Shown here piece after piece: positions 22,092 through 37,672 of a stretch of DNA of 64,000 bases (its first letter is position 1; the number at the start of each line of letters is the position of its first letter). The DNA lies in contig CP145409.1 in the NCBI GenBank assembly GCA_036867785.1, forward strand, positions 1,054,001-1,118,000. The letters are read 5' to 3'. The translations under genes and the position numbers were made by a program. Under the pieces are notes generated by a model. The model was given only the letters and a program-made list of their open reading frames with translations. It was not told the origin of the DNA and searched no databases. The stretch comes from Plasmodiophora brassicae. Its lineage: Eukaryota.

Positions 22092-22624
22092 ATGTCGATG
22101 CTGCAGCTCCACGAGCAATGGTCCGTCTCCATGCTAATGGGCGTCGTCGTCCTTCTTGGGGCGTGCATGTCCACTCCTGACTTGAACGAGGTAAGTAAAA
22201 CGAGGAATATCCCGTTGTACAGTGACGACGGTTGGTAACGGCTTCAATGCGAATAGACGAAGGCGGCCAGTGACGAGCCGACCAACCCGTATCTAGTGCG
22301 AGCCTCCCTCGACAGTTTGCGTGTTGTTCAGGATACGCTTGATGGTTTGCCAACACGGAAGAACCCACCCGGGTCGTTGGACAGCTTGCTGATTGATGAT
22401 GCCGTGTGGGTCAGCGTCGACAGGTGGTTCGACTTGGTAGGTTACCATGTTCGACTGTTTGATCCACCGCCCGACTGACTTTGCTATGTATGTACAAGGT
22501 TGGCCAACGTGAGAATCTCGAGCAGCTAATTGCCGATCATTCGTGCACTGACGAGGACCGGGCGAAGTACGGCGACCAGCTCGCGAAAGTGCAGGAGCAG
22601 CTCGACATCATCTTTGATGAATGA
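22092..22624 (+). CDS. Possible small secreted protein (multi-exon)
   Basis: Signal-like MLMGVVVLLGACMS followed by a perfect GAG|GTAAGT donor at about 22191. Last exon VGQRENLEQLIADH...DIIFDE*. Middle exons are ambiguous. Confidence 0.35.
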
Positions 22625-22900
22625 CGGTCCATCAAGACGTCGTTATATGCGACCCTAATGAAGTTCAAATGCTTTCCATATCTTGATCTCAGGCTAAACA
22701 GCAATGATCACTGTGGCGATTCACATCGATCGCCGGTGCTGCGAAGGTAACGAACGGAATGCTGTCGTCGACGACACTAGACGGCTACGTGGGTTTAATG
22801 TTTGACGAGGTGGACCTGACTTCGTACTTTTGCTAATTGGGATCGCACAGTACCATGCTGCGAATATCTCACAAGGTTGTACGCAGATCACTATGCTGTG

Positions 22901-25447
22901 ATGAGGAGAGCTGACGCCGGGGCGCTGTCCGCTGCTGTTATATCTACGCTGGTTCTTTCAACCTGGGCTCTGCCGACCCCCTTCGTCCTAGTTGGTCCCG
23001 CGACATCAGCGACCGCAGGTGCAACTGTCGACATCAGTGGCCTTCCTACAGGCATACCTTGGCAGTACACGGGTGTGATATACCGCACATACCTGTAACT
23101 TCGATATATGGACGTCCTGATCCGCCCTACTTAGAGTACACATATTGTTTCTACCTTCGCATCGATGGCCTTCCGAGTTCATGGTCCAGCGTCTGGGGCT
23201 GGCAGCGCACCACAGCTCGTAGCGTCGTTCATGTTTGCGCACATCAGCACATCCTTATCTAGGCGTTCCACAGTGCCTGGAGAGCAGTACAACGCTATGC
23301 CCGCGGTCTGGGTCTACGCCGACGGCAGGCTTTCGTTCGCGGTGTCGACCTCCTCCAATCCGAACGTCTGGACGTATTCGCAAACGTCGCTGTCAGTAGG
23401 ACAATGGTACTTCGTTGCGATCACTGTCTCCCAATCGCAATCGACAGCGGAAATACGGGTCAAAACCGTTGACCTGTCGGTACAGACGCTTGCGTGTATG
23501 TACTGGACATCGGGGGCCACGCTGACCACCGATTCGAGTTCCGCTCTGTACATTTCCGAACGGACGTCAGGGACGGCGTACGTGCTGGTCCGGCCAGCGT
23601 TCGTTGGACAAGTTCGCCAGCTGACGTTCTTCACGAGCGTCCTGACTGACACCGACATTGTCACATATCTGAACCTATGCAACTCGATGGCATTCCCACC
23701 GCCGTCGCCAGGAACGCAAAGTCAGGCGCACGTCCTCGTTGACGGCCCAATTTCAGCCGGTGCAGGAAGGGTCGTTTCTTTATCCAGCCAACCTGCTGGT
23801 ATTCCCTGGCTGTCCACAGGTACATGCTGCGTCAGCTGCTGTACAGCAGCGACACTGACGACGTGTTGAAACGCAGAGTATACGTACTGCTTCCTGATTC
23901 GGATTGATTCCCTGCCAGCGGACTGGCACAGCGTGTGGGGGTGGCAACGAATTACTGCCGGTAACACGAGTCAGTTCCGAGTGCGATGGTCGCTGTCTCA
24001 CAGAGGATACAGTATCTGGCGAACAGTATAATGCGATGCCGGCAGTTTGGGTCTATTCGGACGGGCGATTGTCCTTCTCTGTATCAACGACAACGTCGTC
24101 GAACTGGTGGACGTATTCCCAAACGCCTGTCCCGTTGGGTGCCTGGACGTTCATCGCTTTGACCGTGTCCCAGTCGCAATCGCAAGCATCGATCACGGTC
24201 ACGTCCCCGAACGCATTAACCAGCTCGACTGCTTACATTGCTGGGTTCTCCGGCACATTGGTCACCGATTCCAGTGCGGCGCTTTACGTGTCGGAGCGCA
24301 CGTCGGGCACGGGTTACGTTACGGCCCCACCACCATTCGTGGGCCAGATCCGCAAGCTGACCTACTTTGACACTGTGCTGTCCAACGCTGAGATCATGTC
24401 CTACATGGCCTCTTGTACCACACCGGCACCGACGCCACCACTGCCGGTACCGTCTCCAGCAGCGGCACCGACGCCGGCGCCCACCCTAGCACCAACTCCA
24501 GTGCGCTCACCGGCACCGACTCCCTCGCCGACCTTGGCGACAGCTCCAGTCCCGATCACAGCACCCACTTTGGCACCAACACCAACCGCAGCACCAGCTT
24601 TTGCACCAACTCCACCACCGACTCCTGGACCAAACGCAGCACCGAGTCATGTTGCGACTGGAAAGCGCCACGTGTCATCTTCGGCGCGGGCCTCGCCTGG
24701 CTTTCGTAAGACGGTCGTGGTCTCTGTCCGCGCTGTGAACCAATCCTCCACAGGGTCAAGCGTTCCCCGTGTCGGTATCGGTCAAACCGGATCGTCAGTC
24801 GCTCTACCGTCGTCCAAATTTCGCAAGACAGGGCCCGCGAAGTCGTCGACCAGGGTACCACGTGTTGGTTCGTGCTTGTCACCGTCACTCGCTGACATGC
24901 CTTGTGCAGGCGGTATCGTCCATCAGAGCTGTGGCATCTCGACGAACAAACCCGCCGATGGATCTTGTGCACCTGACCGTCCGACGGAAGGCGGTCGTCC
25001 AGCAGCAGCCCTGGCAATGGACCGGCAAGCCCCGCGACGACGACACTGGCCATCTTGACGGTAGCCACCCTAGGAGTCATCGTGATGGCTGCTTGCCTGT
25101 CCGTCTTCCTACTCTATCGCCGGCAGCGTCTGGAAATCTGGAGGCGGTATGCCACGTCCATGGGCGGACCACCGCAAACGAGATACGGTTCGGACACGAC
25201 TGTGCACGCCAGCAGAGCACCCATTAACGATGCCGACCCGGCGGACGCACGCCAAGGCGCCGCAATGTCGTTCTTCTTCCCGAATAATGCATCGTCGCCG
25301 CCAATAGCATCGGCCAGGTCGGTTTCGACGGGATCGTCCGGCTACAACCGCAGCCACACTGATCACCGGCGCCTGCACGGGCGGGCGCTGCGTTCGGCAC
25401 CGCCCGCGCCCGACAGCGATGCCGCCACAACCTGGCCCGCCCCATAG
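22901..25447 (+). CDS. Type I membrane protein with two LamG/ConA-like domains, Pro/Thr stalk, TM and cytoplasmic tail
   Basis: Signal peptide. Duplicated module EYTYCF..RID..GEQYNAMPAVWVY.DGRLSF.VST...W.F.A.TVSQSQS...LY.SERTSGT...FVGQ.R.LT.F. PTPAPT repeats, then TM VATLGVIVMAACLSVFLLY-RR. Confidence 0.75.
24418..24645 (+). repeat. Degenerate coding repeat (APTP) forming a mucin-like stalk
   Basis: Recurrent gcaccgac/gcaccaac units encoding TPAPTPP..APTPAPTLAPTP..APTPSPT..APTLAPTPT. Confidence 0.7.
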
Positions 25448-25601
25448 CACACAATGAACGATCTGTACGGGGACGACTGAAACCCCTATACGCGACGCGG
25501 CAGCGACGTGTGTCGCGACGCCGCCGCCGGGCGACACAACACGATCGTTTGTGAACGTTGGGGATTCTAGAGCAGGTTCATTCGCAGTGGTGTCGCGTGT
25601 G

Positions 25602-28395
25602 TCATGTCAGCTGGATGTGGTCGATGTCGTCGTCGAGGTCGAAGGCGGCAGTCGGGATGAAGTGGGTCGGCGTCTTGGTGTCGGACAGGCTGAGCGAGCG
25701 GCGCTTGGCGACGGGCCCGGCGATGTCGTCGCCGTCGCCTGTCGCCGGGATCGTCACGCCCGGGTTCGACATGCGGCGAGTGTCGCGCGTGGATTCGGCC
25801 TTCGCGAATGGGCGAACGGCGTCTGCGCGCGGCGACCCGGATGGCGATGCGTTCTCGTCCGTCTGCTGGCGCTGGGCGACGACCGCTGCGGCTTGTTCCG
25901 CCAGCGTTTTCTGCACGTCCTTCGAATACGAAACGTCGGACGACCTGGACATCATCCGCTCGCTCTCCTCGAACCGGGGGCTGTTGGTCAACGACGTCGC
26001 GTTGTGTTCTTTGGAGAGGTTGTCGACGGTTGGCGCTGGGGTGGTCGGCCCTGGCGGAACGTAATGCCTGGACATGAGATCTTCGACGCGCTGCAGCGTC
26101 TGGATCGGGTCGTAGCCTGCCTCGATGATGAACGATTCCATGATGGCGTAGTCACGCTCCGTGCACGACTCGGCGATGTCTTCGAGCTTCGCCATCTCGG
26201 CGGCCAGGTAGTCGGGCGCATGTGCCACCCGGCTTCGCACGAACCTGTACGGCTCCTCCTTGAACACCTCGTACATCACGACGTCAGCGGGGCCCGGCTG
26301 CTCTGGCCCCTGTCCTGCTGTCGTACTGGATTGCGATCCCATTGGCCGAGCCTGTTCTGTCTCTGCTGGCACATCGGCTTGTGTCGACTGCGCCGATCCT
26401 TGGTCGGACTCGACGGGTTGCTGCGCTTCAGATGACGGTGCTGCTTGATTATGTGCAACGGCCACTGCAGACGGGTCGTCTTGAAGAGGTTGAGGGGTCC
26501 CCGGGTTCCTCATCGGCAGATCTGACATGGGTTCGTCTTTGGCAGGTTCCGCGGGACGCGTATGGGTCGTGGTGACTTCGGGGGCCGAAAGCGTTGATGC
26601 GGTCATGTCAATTGACATTATGGTCGGAACCGACGTCAATATCGAGAATTCCGTTCCCTCAGACGACGGCGCTCGTGTCGACGTACTTGGCGATGACGGC
26701 GTCAGCGAGACGTCCTCCAGTTGACAACTAACAGCAACTGGTTCGACAAGGCTCAGGGCAGGTTCGGCGCTGGCGGTTATCGGCGCATCAGGTTCCGGTC
26801 TTCGTGACTCGATTGCATCAGGCACCTCTGGAGTCTCCGGTGACGGAGCCGGTTCAGCACCAGGTGGCGATGAGCGCACGGTCTCGTCTATAGGACGCAA
26901 GATCGGATGAACAGCGGGTTCAAGCTGCTGTTCTCGTTCTTGTACCAGAACGCTGACGCTGTCTTTCGGGATATCATTGTCCGGAGTCCTTACCATCTCA
27001 GTCATGGCCGAAACGGGGGCCGGGTGAAGTCGTTCGTCTTGACCTTGCACTGGGGCGCTGTCTTTCTGCGTGTCGCCTTCGCGAGTCCTTCTGACCTCGT
27101 CCAGCAGTCCGCGTTTAAGATCATTGATGGATTGTTTCAGAGCCTCCTGGACCTCGGCAGCCAGAGTTGCCGCAGCCGGTGGCATTCCATAGTTTACAGC
27201 GTCGTGGTCGTCGTCGTCGATCGGTTCCAATGGTCCTGCATTGCGATGACGAGGCGGTCGACGGGGAGATGGGCTCCGTTGCTGTTGCTGGTCGTTGACC
27301 GTCATGGCGACTTCCTGCTGAATGCTGCGGTGGACGATCTCGCTCTGCATCATGGCCTTGATGCTATCGAGCTTGCTCTCGAGGAACGTTATCCGTTGCG
27401 ACATTTCGCGTGTCTCATGAGACGCCAGTGCCCGTTCGATAGCGGATTCGACGTCAACCACTGGAGGCCGTTGAGCAGCAAGCTCTGGCTGTGGAACCGC
27501 CTCCTTCAACAGCTGTTGCGCGCTCTGCATCCACTGTTGCACAGCACTGGAAACCTTGTCGCCGACAATTCGCTCAATGTCGACAGCGGTGGCGGGAGGA
27601 GGAGGCGGCGGGCCTGGCTCCTGTCGTTTCAGTGTCTCCGGATGACGTCTGGCAATGTGCCCATCCAAGTGCTTCTCCGATATGAACATCGATTTACAGT
27701 GTGGACAGGCCTGCACATACGAACCCTGTAAGCGATCGCTAGGCGGAGATCACGAACCGCCTTACACAAGCGTTGGGGAATACGGCGTCGGGCTCGTCGG
27801 CGACTGTTTGCTTGCTTGCCAGCGGGCCGACGAGTCGTTCGTACGCGTGGACGATCTTGCGAGCGTATTTGAACTCTTTGCGGACGAGTCGCAGCTCTTC
27901 GTCCTTCTTGGCAAGCGCTTCTTGCATGTCCCCGATTTGCTTCCCCAGCGCCTCCCGTTGCCGTTCATGGCCAGCAGCGGACTGCATGAGATAGTCTTGG
28001 ACGTACAGCAGGTATTCAATTGTCAGCTGTGCCATGCGGAATAACTTGAGGAACGTCGCGTCGGTGAAGTAACGGAGGTCTGCGAGAGAGGGTCGCAACG
28101 ATCATTGGACTAGGCGCTGTAGTGGATCCCCCCAATACGGTGTCGCACCTTCTTCGCCGACGTCGGCGAACGTTATATGGTCAACATTTTCCTGAAGCGT
28201 GTCGACGTCGCAATCGGCGACAACGGCGTCCAGGTCGATACGGTCGAGTTTGCGCCAGTCGATTCGACCACGGCGACGTTTGAAGTAGAACGCGGGCATT
28301 TCCCCGGTAGGTTCGCCGGCCCCGTCATACGCTGACGTCAGTGGGCGTGCTTCCTGGCATGGGTGCGACGCGGGAACTCCATCGTGAACGGCCAT
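25602..28395 (-). CDS. DZIP1: DZIP1/Iguana-family ciliary protein (Dzip-like N domain, coiled coil, C2H2 finger)
   Basis: FYFKRRRGRIDWRKLDRIDLD...TLQENVDHITFAD, FLKLFRMAQLTIEYLLYVQDYL and CPHCKSMFISEKHLDGHIARRH across three exons. Confidence 0.88.
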
Positions 28396-28609
28396 GCCAA
28401 CCGGCGCACCTTGAGACCACCTGATGTCACCAATTCCCGAATCAGTTCACGCTGCGCGTCACTCACTATGCTTCAGCGTGCACCGATCGAAACGGCGATG
28501 ACAGCATGGACTTGGCGGCGCGTTGCGACACGACAGCGACTCTCCCGCAGGGTTGGCAAATAAATACCCTTTGATTGATTTACTGACATTCCGTCGTCGT
28601 TCCCGCTGG

Positions 28610-30291
28610 TTAACTTCTCTTCTTTGCCCTCGCGGCGGGACGCCTTCGACATCGGACACAACAGCAACAGCAATACGCCATCATCTGGCACAGGAAAACG
28701 ACCGCGCTGCTGATCGGAATCCCGATTAGCTCTAACGCAGCAAAGATCTGAATTACCAGAAAGGCAACGCAGTAGAGCAGGCTGGAGAATTGCTGCATAG
28801 TCACACGTCAGGTTGTCGTTACAGACGGACGAACGCGCGACCGACCTCCATTTCAGGGAGCACAGCTTCAATGTCAATCTGGGTGAGGCCGAGTAGAGAC
28901 GTAGCCTCAGGAAGCGTTGAGCACATCAGGAGCAGGAACGTGTTCCTTGCCAGCATCTCCTGCGTAACGGATCGAGAATGCCCAACCAGACCAGCCGCCC
29001 ACTTGAACGACCAGCTGTCCAGTGCAGCCGCTGCAATCACAATAAACAGGTACGCTGCCAGGCAAAGATCGATGGCGAGCGCAACAGGTGGCGCAGGGCG
29101 GAAGGCGTCCCATATTCGTTGAAGGACGCTCTCAGTCACGACGTACTCATACCCGAAAAGGCGGTAGAATGCCGACGAGAACAACGCCTGACACTTCGTT
29201 GCTGCACGAATCGATATGACACATGGCATCCAGATGGCGATCACGACGACAAGGCCAGCGGAAACGTTGCGGAACACTGCTTGGACAAAGCTGCTTCGCT
29301 GCAGTGCTTCGGTCTGGAGGGATTGAAGCTCGTGCAATCGCTGTTCGAGAAGTTCGCCCGACTTCTCATCGTCTCTACTGCGAAACGCAAAGCGATCCGA
29401 AGCATGATCGATAACGTCCGCATGTTGGTGAGAGGAACGCAAGCTCTCAATCTGGACGAGAAGATCCTCCAGCTCGAACTCGTACGATGCCAGCAGTTCG
29501 CGATCGAACCGCGTTGGCCAAGAGACGAACATGCTGAACGCGGCACGAACGAAACGCTGAAACCCATTACGATAGAAGGCAAGGTAGACGAACAACCCGG
29601 GTAGATGAAACGCGTAGCCGTTGGTGAAGAACCCAAGGTCCAGGGCCTGGCCCGTCAGAAGATATTGAAGCAGAGACAGCGACCCATGGAACAGGATGGC
29701 GAAGAGAACCTGAACGCAAACCGTTTCCAAGACTCGTGACAGGAATCCACGTTGCTGCGTGAACCCCTCCGCCTCTTCATAAAGAAAGGCGAACGGAAAT
29801 ATGACAAAGAACGAGACGGTCGACGACCAAGAGATCGCGGTCCACGAATAGCGGATGAAATCCCGCTCGATCCAGAAGAAGATCCAGTGCACGTGAAGGA
29901 ATGGCGTCGAGTGGGCTGCAGCTGAGGCAAACAGAAACACCCAGAGACCGGCCAGGCCCAGCACCAGAGCACATAAATGAAACCTGCATATGAGAACGGT
30001 TAGAGATGCGAGCACACATACGGAACGGAGGTCCCCCACGGACGGCAGCGATGTTTCGTTGCCAGGCGCCCCAGTAGCGATTCTGCCACGAGAATCAAGC
30101 CACTGGTACGTAACGGCGGCGGCATACGCTACAATCATAAACAGGAACGTTGCCTACGGCGCGCGCGCGGTGTCAGCACACCCATCAACGTGCTGACGCA
30201 GGCCCCAACCGACGATCGTATCGCGGAGCTGGGCCGAGAAGAACAGGTGGTGCGCCGACACATCGCCGGCATCGACGGCCGCCAACATCAT
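28610..30291 (-). CDS. LMBR1/LMBR1L-like multi-pass membrane protein
   Basis: FSAQLRDTIV N-terminus, SFFVIFPFAFLYEEAEGF...GFLSRVLET, central cytosolic coiled coil, LMCSTLPEATSLLGLT. Termini approximate. Confidence 0.75.
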
Positions 30292-30524
30292 CGACACGCT
30301 CCGCGCCCACTCCGCATTACTCCTCTGCGGGGCGGCGCGTGGCCCCGACTTGTTCCCCTGTCCGGTCAGATTGCGCGCGCGCCCCACCATTGCAAAAGAC
30401 GAAGCTATACGTTCGATCGGGGAGGCATTGACGCATTACATTAGGCGAAGACCGAGGGCATTTATGTGAATCTGTGCAGCAGCGTACAGGCAGAACCAGG
30501 GTTGATAGGTATCACAACGGGATG

Positions 30525-32803
<2,279 letters not shown>

Positions 32804-33291
32804 TTACCGACGGTGTCACATCCCGCCAGACGCCAACGTTCGAATCTTTGGTTGTCCGCTATTAGCCCTCGTTGTCAACGCGCCTGCTGAAAAGACGACC
32901 ACGATTTTTGTGGTACTTGTGTTCGACAGCGTCGCAGCCACGAGCGTCCAGGTTCCAGGATGACAGAATATTCAGGCACACCGGGAGTCCCTGATGCGGA
33001 CAGTCTTCACGACTTACATGCAGTTTGCAGTAAAACCCCATGTGGAACAACAGGAGCTCAGCAGTCCAACGTGGACATGTCTCACACACGCGACATGCAC
33101 GAAGCCGGTTGGAGTAGTTGCTATGTGTTTGTTTCGTCGGTCGATGGCCCCGGATTGCGGCGCCATCAGGCCAGCACAGGCCCAGTCCTCAGGATCCCGC
33201 GATCCATCATTCATGTCCGATCGCGGGTTTCTGGCTCAAATCTAAATTTGCTCCACGGGGCTGTGGTCACAATTAGCAGTCGAACGACCTG

Positions 33292-34914
33292 ATGACGTCC
33301 TTGTCGATTGGCGCCGTCATCCTTCTGTGTCTAGGTCGCATTGTGAATCGGACGACGGCATCACGTGACACGCTGACGTTGATAGTTTGCAGGGCCAGTG
33401 TCGACGTTTGGAAACGTCGTCTTTCCCTTTAGTCGAGGTGCTGCACAGAACCTGTCAATCTACAGTCCGGCAGTGTCCCGGTTCCTAGGTCCACAGGTCG
33501 ACGACAGACTTGCCCCTGTCGTGCTTCCCGTGTACGTCTTCCGCGGGGACACCTGTAATCCCGACAATATTGATGAGGACGTCGTTCGCGATCGTGCCAT
33601 CGTTATCGCCGGCAACCGAGCTTGTAGCTACACGCGACGTTTCGTCAGTTTAGCCACAAAGGGTGCTGCCGCCATCCTAGGTACGTGCCTGTGTTCCGTT
33701 TAATGGTGTTTGAGTACAGTCGCAGAAACGCTGAGCTGGTGCCCTCGTTAGACACACCTGCATCCGATGCCCAGCCGGGCCGGTACGTTCACTTCCGCGA
33801 TGGGTCTGAATCCGAATGGCATCGTCGGCATCCGATGCTCCTTGTCGAGCTCGACTGTGGCTTGCGCGCTGTCGATGTCATCATGAAGGAAGCGGATTCG
33901 CCGGCTGGGTTGACCGTCCGGATCACGATCGACAGCAACGAGTGGATCGGGACTTTCGCGGCGTGGCCATACCAGGTCTTCGTACGATGGGTCCCATCGA
34001 TAATATTTGGTATCGCCGGTGTCGCGGGCGCCTACTTCCTCGCTGTCCACTTTCTACTGATCAACGACCGGTTCGTGGCGAGCACAGTCGAAAAGCGGCG
34101 AACATGGCGCCGGCGCATTGCCTCCGTCGTGAACGGTTTCGTCAGCGGGCACTTAATCGCGCTTGCGTTTGACACGGTCGCCTCCGCTACAATGTCGGTT
34201 GTCATCGGCGTCACCGGGTTCTATTCAACGTCGAACGCGCCGGCATGGGTGACGCTCTTCTTCACAATGCAAATGTCCGGGTGGGCCTTCGTCGCCACGT
34301 TTGTGTCCTCGATTGTCTGGGTGCAGCGCCTCGAGCGGATCATTCCCCGGTCCAGGCGCCGTTACTGCTGGCGTCTAATCAGTTTGCTCCATGGGGATCA
34401 CCCGCGGGTCACCATCGTCGCCTGCCTCGTCTTCTTCCTGCTCGAAGTTGCGATCGACATCTGGTACGCTACGTGGCAGAACTGGAGATCGAGATGGTTC
34501 CCCTTCGCGCCGCTGGTCGCGGGCATCTTTGCCCTGCTCGAGCTGATCCTGGGCGCGAATTTCCTCGTCGGCACTGGACGATATCTGTACGAGGTCTCTA
34601 AGACGACCATCGACCAACGCGACACGGCCGTACATCGTGTCCTACGCCGTATCTGGTGGTGCGCCTTGCTGATCGGCCTGTCCATGATGCTCTACGTAGT
34701 CTGTGGCGTCGCCATGATCGCCTTCTACAAGTGGGCCTTCCGTCCAACCGGATGGACCGTTGTTTGGGGCACCGGCTCTATTGCCAGAGCAACTGGCTGT
34801 CTGGCCCGTGTGTTCGTGTTCCAGCCCCGGCCGCGGCGACGCGCGCGACAGCAACACCTGACTATTCAAGGCAAATCTGACTCACTGCGGATGAGGTCCA
34901 CATCCGAAGCATAG
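33292..34914 (+). CDS. Signal peptide, PA (protease-associated)-like ectodomain and 7TM receptor-like protein
   Basis: MTSLSIGAVILLCL, intron, then TCNP...RAIVIAGNRACSYTRRFVSLATKGAAAIL (PA motif), intron, then about seven hydrophobic helices with basic intracellular loops. Confidence 0.65.
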
Positions 34915-35462
34915 AAAGCGGGGGCACATCCTTGTGCAGGAGTAATGCATTCGTCAGAGTGGCCTCCAGTCGCAAGGCTGTTCTTGGTACAGATCGACTA
35001 TTGTAGCGCTCCTGCTCGACTCTGAGCATGAGGCAATGGTCACGTAAACTACATAATGCCTTTGTCAAAACGGGCAGCGACATCCTCTTGGACCCGTACG
35101 ATCATGAGGAGGTCGACTAATGAAGCGGCGCGGTACCGGAGTTGCCCTTCTCACACCGTTCTTGCGGCTGCTATGTCCTAGCTCCATTTTCCCAACAGCA
35201 TATTCGAAGATAGGACGTAGGAAACAGCTGCAATAATGGTACCTCAACACGTCCTATCGAGTCCCGGCCGTTGTGCCGGCGTCCACGGTCCAATGTGGCC
35301 TCCCGTGCCCTACGTTACACATGCCTGCATGCTGGCTCAGTACACTAGTACCGTCCTGCTCACAACGTTACCGGAAAGGTCCCGCCGGTGGTGCCCGTCC
35401 GTCCTGGCCAGTGAAGTTTCCGGGGTCAGACGTCACAAACGAAAGGAGCTGTTCGGGCGCGT

Positions 35463-35948
35463 ATGACACGGTTGCGTAAGGTCATTGGGATCGTCAAGCT
35501 AGTCGCGTCGCCCAGGCGCGCGTCCAAAGCGCCCGCTAGCCTGGACGCCGTGTTTGAGGTGCAGATTGTCCAGTTCAGGCGGTTGTTCGAAGTGATCAAG
35601 CGGCTTCCCGCGAGGTTTATGCGTCGGCAACGTCTCCTCGAGCTCCTGGACGCGATCGACAGAGCGGAAACGAAGGCTGTCCCAGGGTTGGATTCGGCGC
35701 GACAACTGAGGGTCGACATCAGCGATGCGCTGCGCGAGGGCCTGGCGCCGTCCAACCTCCACCTGGAGCGTAAGCCAGCGGGCGGAATCGTCGTCGTGCG
35801 CGAGACGCCCGGCAACCCAGGTGCCAACGCCAGGATGCCGACTGCCGATATCAGTAAGTGTTCAGGCGATGACCCGTCTCGTGATGCTATCCAACCCGAG
35901 AACGGCGAAGCAGGGTCTCTCCGTATCCCGTTACTGGTGCCTCTTTGA
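35463..35948 (+). CDS. Hypothetical protein
   Basis: 161-aa ATG-initiated ORF with helical, protein-like composition, convergent with MAP2K. No family recognised. Confidence 0.4.
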   Translation: MTRLRKVIGIVKLVASPRRASKAPASLDAVFEVQIVQFRRLFEVIKRLPARFMRRQRLLELLDAIDRAETKAVPGLDSARQLRVDISDALREGLAPSNLHLERKPAGGIVVVRETPGNPGANARMPTADISKCSGDDPSRDAIQPENGEAGSLRIPLLVPL

Positions 35949-35999
35949 TAAAGTTTAACGCCTTTGGACACGTTCTATCGCCACAGTCAGCATCCAGTT

Positions 36000-37346
36000 C
36001 TAGCGCATGTATTGGTCGAGTTTGCGTTGGACGATATGGACTGGGAGGTTCAGCGATGCAGCGAGTCGCTCCAGACGGTCGGGCACGATAGGAAGCGGCT
36101 CGTGCTGTTCGCGAAGAATACGCGCGACGGTGCTAAGGTCATCTTCGTCGCTGGGGGACAACTCGGAACCGGTCGTGTCCCACGGCCACCGCATTCTGCA
36201 GGCTGACGTCAATATCTGCCATCACGTTCGGCATCGTCACGACTTACGGCTCGGTGACGTCGACATCTGCGATCCATGGATGTGACAGTAGACGTTCTGC
36301 GCTCCAGCGCTTCGCAGGATCCTTGACCAGGCACTTGGAAATGAAGTTCCTCAGGCCAACCGAGAACCGGCTTCTGGGCAGGGTCGGGGGCGGTCCGCGT
36401 GTCATACTTTCGTAGAAAGGCAGGAAACCGTTCGCGCCCGGATACGGGAACCTGCCTGTGGCGCACGTTGCCAGCGACAACCCGAAGCTCCAGATATCAG
36501 CCGGGCATCCGTATGGTTCCGAGTGGATGCGCTCAGGGGACATGTACAGCTGGGTGCCCACGTACGTTTGCGCCGCCATGTTGCCGAGGTCGAGCTCTTT
36601 GGCGATGCCTAGCAGGAGGGCATCAGCACCTGCATCTGGGGTTGCGCGGATTATGAACCTGTGCATACCGAAATCTGCAACCTTGGCGACTCCTGCTGAA
36701 TTGAGCAAGATGTTGCCCGGCTTGATGTCGCGGTGGACCTTGCGGAGCGAGTGAATGTGCCTTAAACCCAGGACGACCTGCTTAGCGATTCGCTGAAGGA
36801 CATGTTCGGGAAGTGGGCCGACGTTGTTTACGGCGTCCTGCAAAGATCCCCTGCGAATCGACGTTAGCCGCAATGCCGAACTCTATGGCCTGGCCGGACG
36901 TCGTGCCTGTTCATGTACTCCAAGACTATGACAGTAGTGCCATCGCAATAGTAAGCGCCATGGAACTTGGCAATGAAGTTGCAGGCAACGGAGTTGTAGG
37001 CGTCGAGTTCCTTAACAAGTTGGTGACGTTGCGATTTGACGTGAACGGCAACGGACTTCAGGGCGAACATCTCGCATGTGTCCACCCTGAACGCCTTCGA
37101 CACCGAACTGGTGGATCCCTTGCCCAACGTGCCGATCCGCACGAACATAGAACTCGACAGGGCTCCACCGTCATCGGCGGGCCTGTCGGTTTGGACAGAC
37201 AGGGGCGGGCGCAACGAAATCCCGTTAACGCCAATCTCGTAGCCGTGCGTCCTCAGCGCCGTCGTCGTCATCTCGTACGAATGGTCGACGGGCTTGTCCT
37301 CAACGTCCAGTTCCAGCCGCGGCTTCGGATCCCGCCTGCTACCCAT
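36000..37346 (-). CDS. MAP kinase kinase (STE7/MEK family), 4 exons
   Basis: N-terminal D-site RRDPKPRLEL, GKGSTSSV, ALK, LEYMN|RGSL, HRDIKPGN, DFG, TYVGTQLYMSPERI, DIWSFGLSL. Confidence 0.92.
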
Positions 37347-37672
37347 ACCCGACGTCCACCTTCGTGCCTACCTAGCTGTCGTAGTCAGCGCCTGGGGGGT
37401 TGCGCCCTCATCGCAACAGTGCGTGCACCCGCTCCGCTGCGTACTCGTAACCGCAATTGGCAGGCTTGAAACGGCCCAACCGAATATACATCCTGCGTTG
37501 CGACTGCTGCTGCTATAAGCGACTGCATCAAACGGCATCGGCGTGTGGCGAGGCGTGCGCCGGCTGCAGAGCGTTCATCGTCGCACCACCGCGAGCGCCG
37601 GCGGCCAGCTGGTATCCGATGCGGTGCAAGTGGCGCAGCAGGCCGAGAGGGACGTCGGACGACTGCGGAAAA

